Assembly: GCF_000143415.4 (NCBI RefSeq)
Contig: NW_003314287.1
Location: forward strand, 1,385,514 to 1,449,513
From: Selaginella moellendorffii
Taxonomy: Eukaryota > Plantae > Lycopodiophyta
Direction of reading: 5' to 3'
DNA length: 64,000 nucleotides
In this document: in pieces, positions 60,001 to 64,000 of the stretch
Layout of the letters: every line of letters begins with the position of its first letter
How positions within the stretch are numbered: position 1 is the first letter of the stretch
The notes under the pieces: generated by a model
The model's database searches: none
Told to the model about the DNA's origin: nothing
Seen by the model: only the letters and a program-made list of their open reading frames with translations
Translations under genes and position numbers: made by a program

Positions 60001-62681
60001 TTTTCTTTAGCAAGATAAGTGTCTCCATGGGTCTATAAACTTTCTTTGAGCATTGTAACAACTGCCCAACAATAAATTTCAAAAATATACACATATGGAT
60101 GTATAATAGACATATAGCCACTATCACTTTATAGTGAGGAACAACATCCTTTTACAAAACATTGTATTAATTAATGTTAAATACAGGATTTTTATGTCAT
60201 TATATAGTGGAATGTAAAATCTAGAACTGTTTTATTATTCTATAATATTATCCTTTAAGGAAATGAAAATATATATATATAATAAAATGATATTAGTTGT
60301 AGATAGCATAACTAAACAACCCCAATTGGATGTATAAACTTATAACATGTATAACAAAAGTTAGTTTTAAGTTATTTTGTGTATCATGGATTCTGTTTGA
60401 AAATATAATATGTTTTATGAAATTTCAAAACTTTTTTTTCTAGGTTATGATATGAACTTACTCCTGCAAAAACACATATGATAGGCTTTGTGTGAGGTAT
60501 ATATTTCCTTTTGATATGATAGTTCTATTAACATTATGCCCAACATTGTAGATAAGTAAATCCATAACACATTTCTTGGGTATTGATTTTAAACTCCACT
60601 GCTGATGCAAGTATTGCTTGAGGCTTTTTATAAGCATTTAAATTTTCTATTCTATTTTAATCATTCAACTATATTTTTTACCATTTAGAGGAATTTCACA
60701 ACTTTAATCTCAACATGTTCTGTGATTCCTTTAGCTAACTAATAAATTCAAATCTGAAACTTTTCTAATACCAAATATAAATTTTTGAATTTAAACTTCT
60801 ACTTTAGCCACTGTAATATGGCTCACCTTTTAAGAATTTTCCTTTCACAAGCCTACTGATACAATAAAAGGTAGAGACTTTCCACCAAATCTAAAACTTA
60901 CTCATCTTTATCTCCATTATCACTACAATTGCATAGTTGCCTTTTGGTCTAGTGTAGGTGGTTTCCTTCCTAAAGAGCTTTAACTCCAAAGTGCAATATA
61001 TCTTCCATACCTTTAGAACTTTCACAAATATTGTCCAAGTACATTTTCCATCCTTTCACCCCTTGCAATAAGAGTGCAAATTAGTGCCTCAAGCATATTG
61101 AAGATACCAACACTTGCAATCAAACAGCAAAGGTGGTAAGTGTACATACATGATAAAATGACCAAGTCGAGTACAGAAGATGCCATAAAACTACTCAATC
61201 TCCAAGTTGTGATAATTGGCCAAAAAACTATGAGTGATTCCTTCACAAGCAAGAGCTGGAGTTGTAATGCTGCCCAATCACCTGCCTGGCGTGATTTGCC
61301 CCACATTATCAGCCACCCCCTACGAGGATATCACCATGCCGACTCCCACCTTGAAGCGGGCACACTCATAGAAAGTACGATCTTGCCGCCCTTAAAAGCA
61401 TGAGCTTGGGCAGTGTACCTGGGCTTTCCTTGTTCAAAGCAGAGCAGGCTAGAATCTCTTGTTTCAAAAATTTCCTCTCTTTACAAGAGATGCTAGCCTG
61501 CTCTGCTTTGAACAAGCCCAGGTAAACAAAGAAGCTACAGTCATGAAACAAAGAAAGGGAAATGTTGTTTTGTTCCTGTCTAATTCTTTCTTGTAAAGTC
61601 AATCAGGCTACTGATCTGCAATCTGCAGCAAGCACCGAGCAAGCAGCTCTCTGCTGGCAGAAAACCTCAGAGAGTTGCAAAGAGATTTGAGTGGTCACAT
61701 TAAGAGAATTTCACCCAAAAAGAATTAGATTACGGTTCACCAGCTCCTCCCTTGTGTTGGCTACACAATCAATGGATTCCCTCTTCAAACAAATATAAGA
61801 AATCTTTCGATACCTCCTCACCTCTGGATTTGTCTTGGCTATCTTTGCGTCTTTCTCCTGGCATGATGAATTGGCCGAATGTATGCCAAACCTAGGCGAA
61901 AGATCTCAATCAGCAATTAGGATGTATTTACACGACTTGTAGTTGTCAACATTGATCGGTGCCACCTTTGCTTGGATCATCTCGGATCAAATATGCTCTT
62001 ACCGCAACACTGCTAGGATAATCTAAGATTGGTCTAATCCTTTCACCAGTAAGAGTTGGACTGATAATGTGGGGCAAATTTCAGGCGGGCGACCGAGCAC
62101 CACTACAGCTCACATCATCACCCCTGCTCCCACCTTGTGCTCTCAACAAAAACAATTTCGCACCTCTAAAATATTGAAGAGAAATGCGCAAAAGTCTTCT
62201 TTGTAGGAACCAAACAAACTTCAATAACTCCGTCAGTTTTTCTGACCGTATTCATGATCATGTCCTCTACTGTTTCACTCATCTCCATTCATGTTCATGT
62301 GAAGTCTAGCTCAATCCTGGCCATTCCATATCAATGTCATGCTGTACCAGGAAGGCAGACCATACGCCATGGCTGTGAAAATCATCCTCAAAACGAAAAC
62401 GGCAGTCGAAACAAGAGTCTAATTAAGCCTTAGAGAAAGGGGAATGTTGTCTTTCTTTCTTTCTTGTTATACAATCGCACTACTGATCTGCAATCTGCCG
62501 CAAGAACCGAGCAAGCAGCTCTCAGCTGGCCGGAAACCTCACAGAATCGCAAAGAGGAGTGCTCGCGTTATAGTTCTCTCAAAATAAACAGCAAAAGTGC
62601 ACAAGATGAAGATGACTGTTTCTCGTACGTAATTACGAGGAGAAAGAAAGAAAAGAAAAAAGAGTACTCTTGGAATATTAA

Positions 62682-62870
62682 TCAGGAAGCACAAGTGAAC
62701 AAGGCGGCGATTGCCGGTGTACACCTGGAAATAGGCTGGGCCACATTGCCGGGTACACCTGGAAATAAGGAGTTGAATGGGTGTAGCTTACCAGCAATAT
62801 AACCTGATCTACCGCAATCAACCACTAGCCACAGCAGGCTAGCAATTAGTAAGAAATACATGCTCCTCAT
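62682..62870 (-). pseudogene. Third knottin-family copy with intact signal exon and GT donor but the cysteine core deleted
   Basis: MRSMYFLLIASLLWLVVDCGRSGYIAG|gtaagc...ccag|VHRQ, then directly LFTCAS*. TATA box at ~62902-62910. Confidence 0.75.
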
Positions 62871-63024
62871 CTCAACCACACCTTGGGTGAATTGTTCAAT
62901 GTTTTATATAGAAGCCGAGTCATAGAGAAAGCTGTTGCCGTTTTAGTATATCCAGAGAATCTTTTGGCTTGATGCCAAAATGAATATGCCAGCCATACAA
63001 AGTGTGCACCATACTAGAGTTTTG

Positions 63025-64000
63025 CTAGCTTTTGTTTATGTTCTCGAGAGCTTTTGCCTCTCTAAGAACTTCCAGCGCTTCCTGCTGCCTTCCAGCTCGC
63101 TTGAGCTCCACAGCACGGACTTTTAGCTTTCGCACTCGATCTTGCAGCTCTTGCGATGGCGAGGAGCTGCTTTGCTTCTGTTGCTGCTGTTGCTGCTGAG
63201 GAGATCGAGAGGACGGCAGCTTCATCTCCTCATCCTGCCAGCCAAGACCTGAGAGAGCTGCCAGAAGCTGTGGATCCAAAAGATCTTCCACTCCGTCCAT
63301 AGCGCTCGCTTGCAAACCCGGAACTCGAGATGGAGGGTCCATCTCTTCCAGCTGCTTCTCCAGAGCCTTTGCTTTCTCAAACTCGGCCTCGGCCTCGTCC
63401 ATCTTGCCTTCTTTCCTCAGTGCCAAGGCTCTTCTTTTGTGAGCAAGAGATTCTTGCTGTATCTTCATCCTGTCCTTCGAGCGAGGTGCCTGACCTGTGG
63501 CTGGAGGAGAGATCCGGCTGCTATCTTTCGGTGGTGCTGCTCCACTTGGACGTGGAACTGGAACCTCCTCCACAGCCACTGCTTGCCTGTGGTTCTCCAA
63601 AAGTTTGGCTTGTCGGAGCTCCTCCTTGGCAGCAGCTACATTTCCAGATCTCTTGAACTGTAAAGCTCGTCTTTTGTGCTCCAGAATCTCCTGCTCGATG
63701 CTCGATGAAGGCACGTTCAAGTTCAAGTTCGTGCTTGGCACTGGAGGCTGTACTGCTGCTAGAACTGCCGGGGGCTCTATAGTCTTCTTCTCGGGAACTG
63801 ATGGTACGAATATATCGCCAGTGAGGAGGTCTTGGTGTTGGTTCACGGGAGCGACTGGCGGTGTGTGTGTAGCTCTCGAGAATAACGGAGGAACAATGTC
63901 TACCAGAAGGCCGATTTCTCCGTATTCGCCTTCGAAAGAACTCTCTCTCCGTGTTGCTTCTTCTTTCTTATCGTTCGCTTTTGTAGATACGTCCTCTTTG
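63025..64000 (-). CDS. 3' part of a FYVE4-like / DM14-repeat endosomal protein (continues beyond window)
   Basis: Repeated HKRRALxxKRxG..AxEELxxAKxLE helical motifs; VEDLLDPQLLAAL. Confidence 0.75.
   Translation of the reverse strand, partial: KEDVSTKANDKKEEATRRESSFEGEYGEIGLLVDIVPPLFSRATHTPPVAPVNQHQDLLTGDIFVPSVPEKKTIEPPAVLAAVQPPVPSTNLNLNVPSSSIEQEILEHKRRALQFKRSGNVAAAKEELRQAKLLENHRQAVAVEEVPVPRPSGAAPPKDSSRISPPATGQAPRSKDRMKIQQESLAHKRRALALRKEGKMDEAEAEFEKAKALEKQLEEMDPPSRVPGLQASAMDGVEDLLDPQLLAALSGLGWQDEEMKLPSSRSPQQQQQQQKQSSSSPSQELQDRVRKLKVRAVELKRAGRQQEALEVLREAKALENINKS

Larger units (their letters stand above)
52690..61240. other. ~8.5 kb AT-rich, CpG-poor island (decayed mobile or foreign DNA)
   Basis: Abrupt compositional drop (line 56161 has 13 G+C in 60 nt) relative to the flanking genes. 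No recognisable host genes; internal tandem repeats. Confidence 0.75.

Noticed and set aside
58532-61403. Short ORFs in the right half of the AT-rich island as transposase or viral genes
   Set aside because: No identifiable catalytic motifs; cannot be supported without a search.

Overview
Gene-dense eukaryotic DNA with very short (about 50-70 nt) introns, telo-box promoters and land-plant gene families. The style fits a compact lycophyte genome such as Selaginella (inference). Positions 1-52 kb carry about 30 genes: trihelix TF, capping protein beta, beta-xylosidase, UGT, BAH/Agenet protein, class 3 lipase, intronless complex I 51-kDa subunit, BORCS8-like, RRP42, nicalin, CTF8, LEA-like, Dabb, DUF538 x2, ECR1/UBA3, class I KNOX, alpha/beta hydrolase, IFRD, formamidase, DUF1764, RNase J, SpoU/TrmH methylase, NAC-alpha, NDUFB4, DnaJ and tRNA-His. 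The 3' part of a FYVE4-like gene lies at the right edge. Top observations: (1) a three-copy family of signal-peptide genes, missed or mis-framed by the ORF track, encoding a conotoxin-like inhibitor-cystine-knot peptide (HRK-CGPTFYPCLPFSSICCSFCTLLFCAW); each copy here carries an apparent lesion; (2) an ~8.5 kb AT-rich island that truncates one knottin copy and carries an intact intronless secreted protein (unknown N-domain + bulb-type lectin) plus a decayed paralog; (3) an inverted KNOX duplicate that lost MEINOX but kept an in-frame homeodomain; (4) a 75-codon uORF upstream of IFRD and a 47-aa microprotein gene. Gene boundaries were assembled by eye from splice signals and are approximate.
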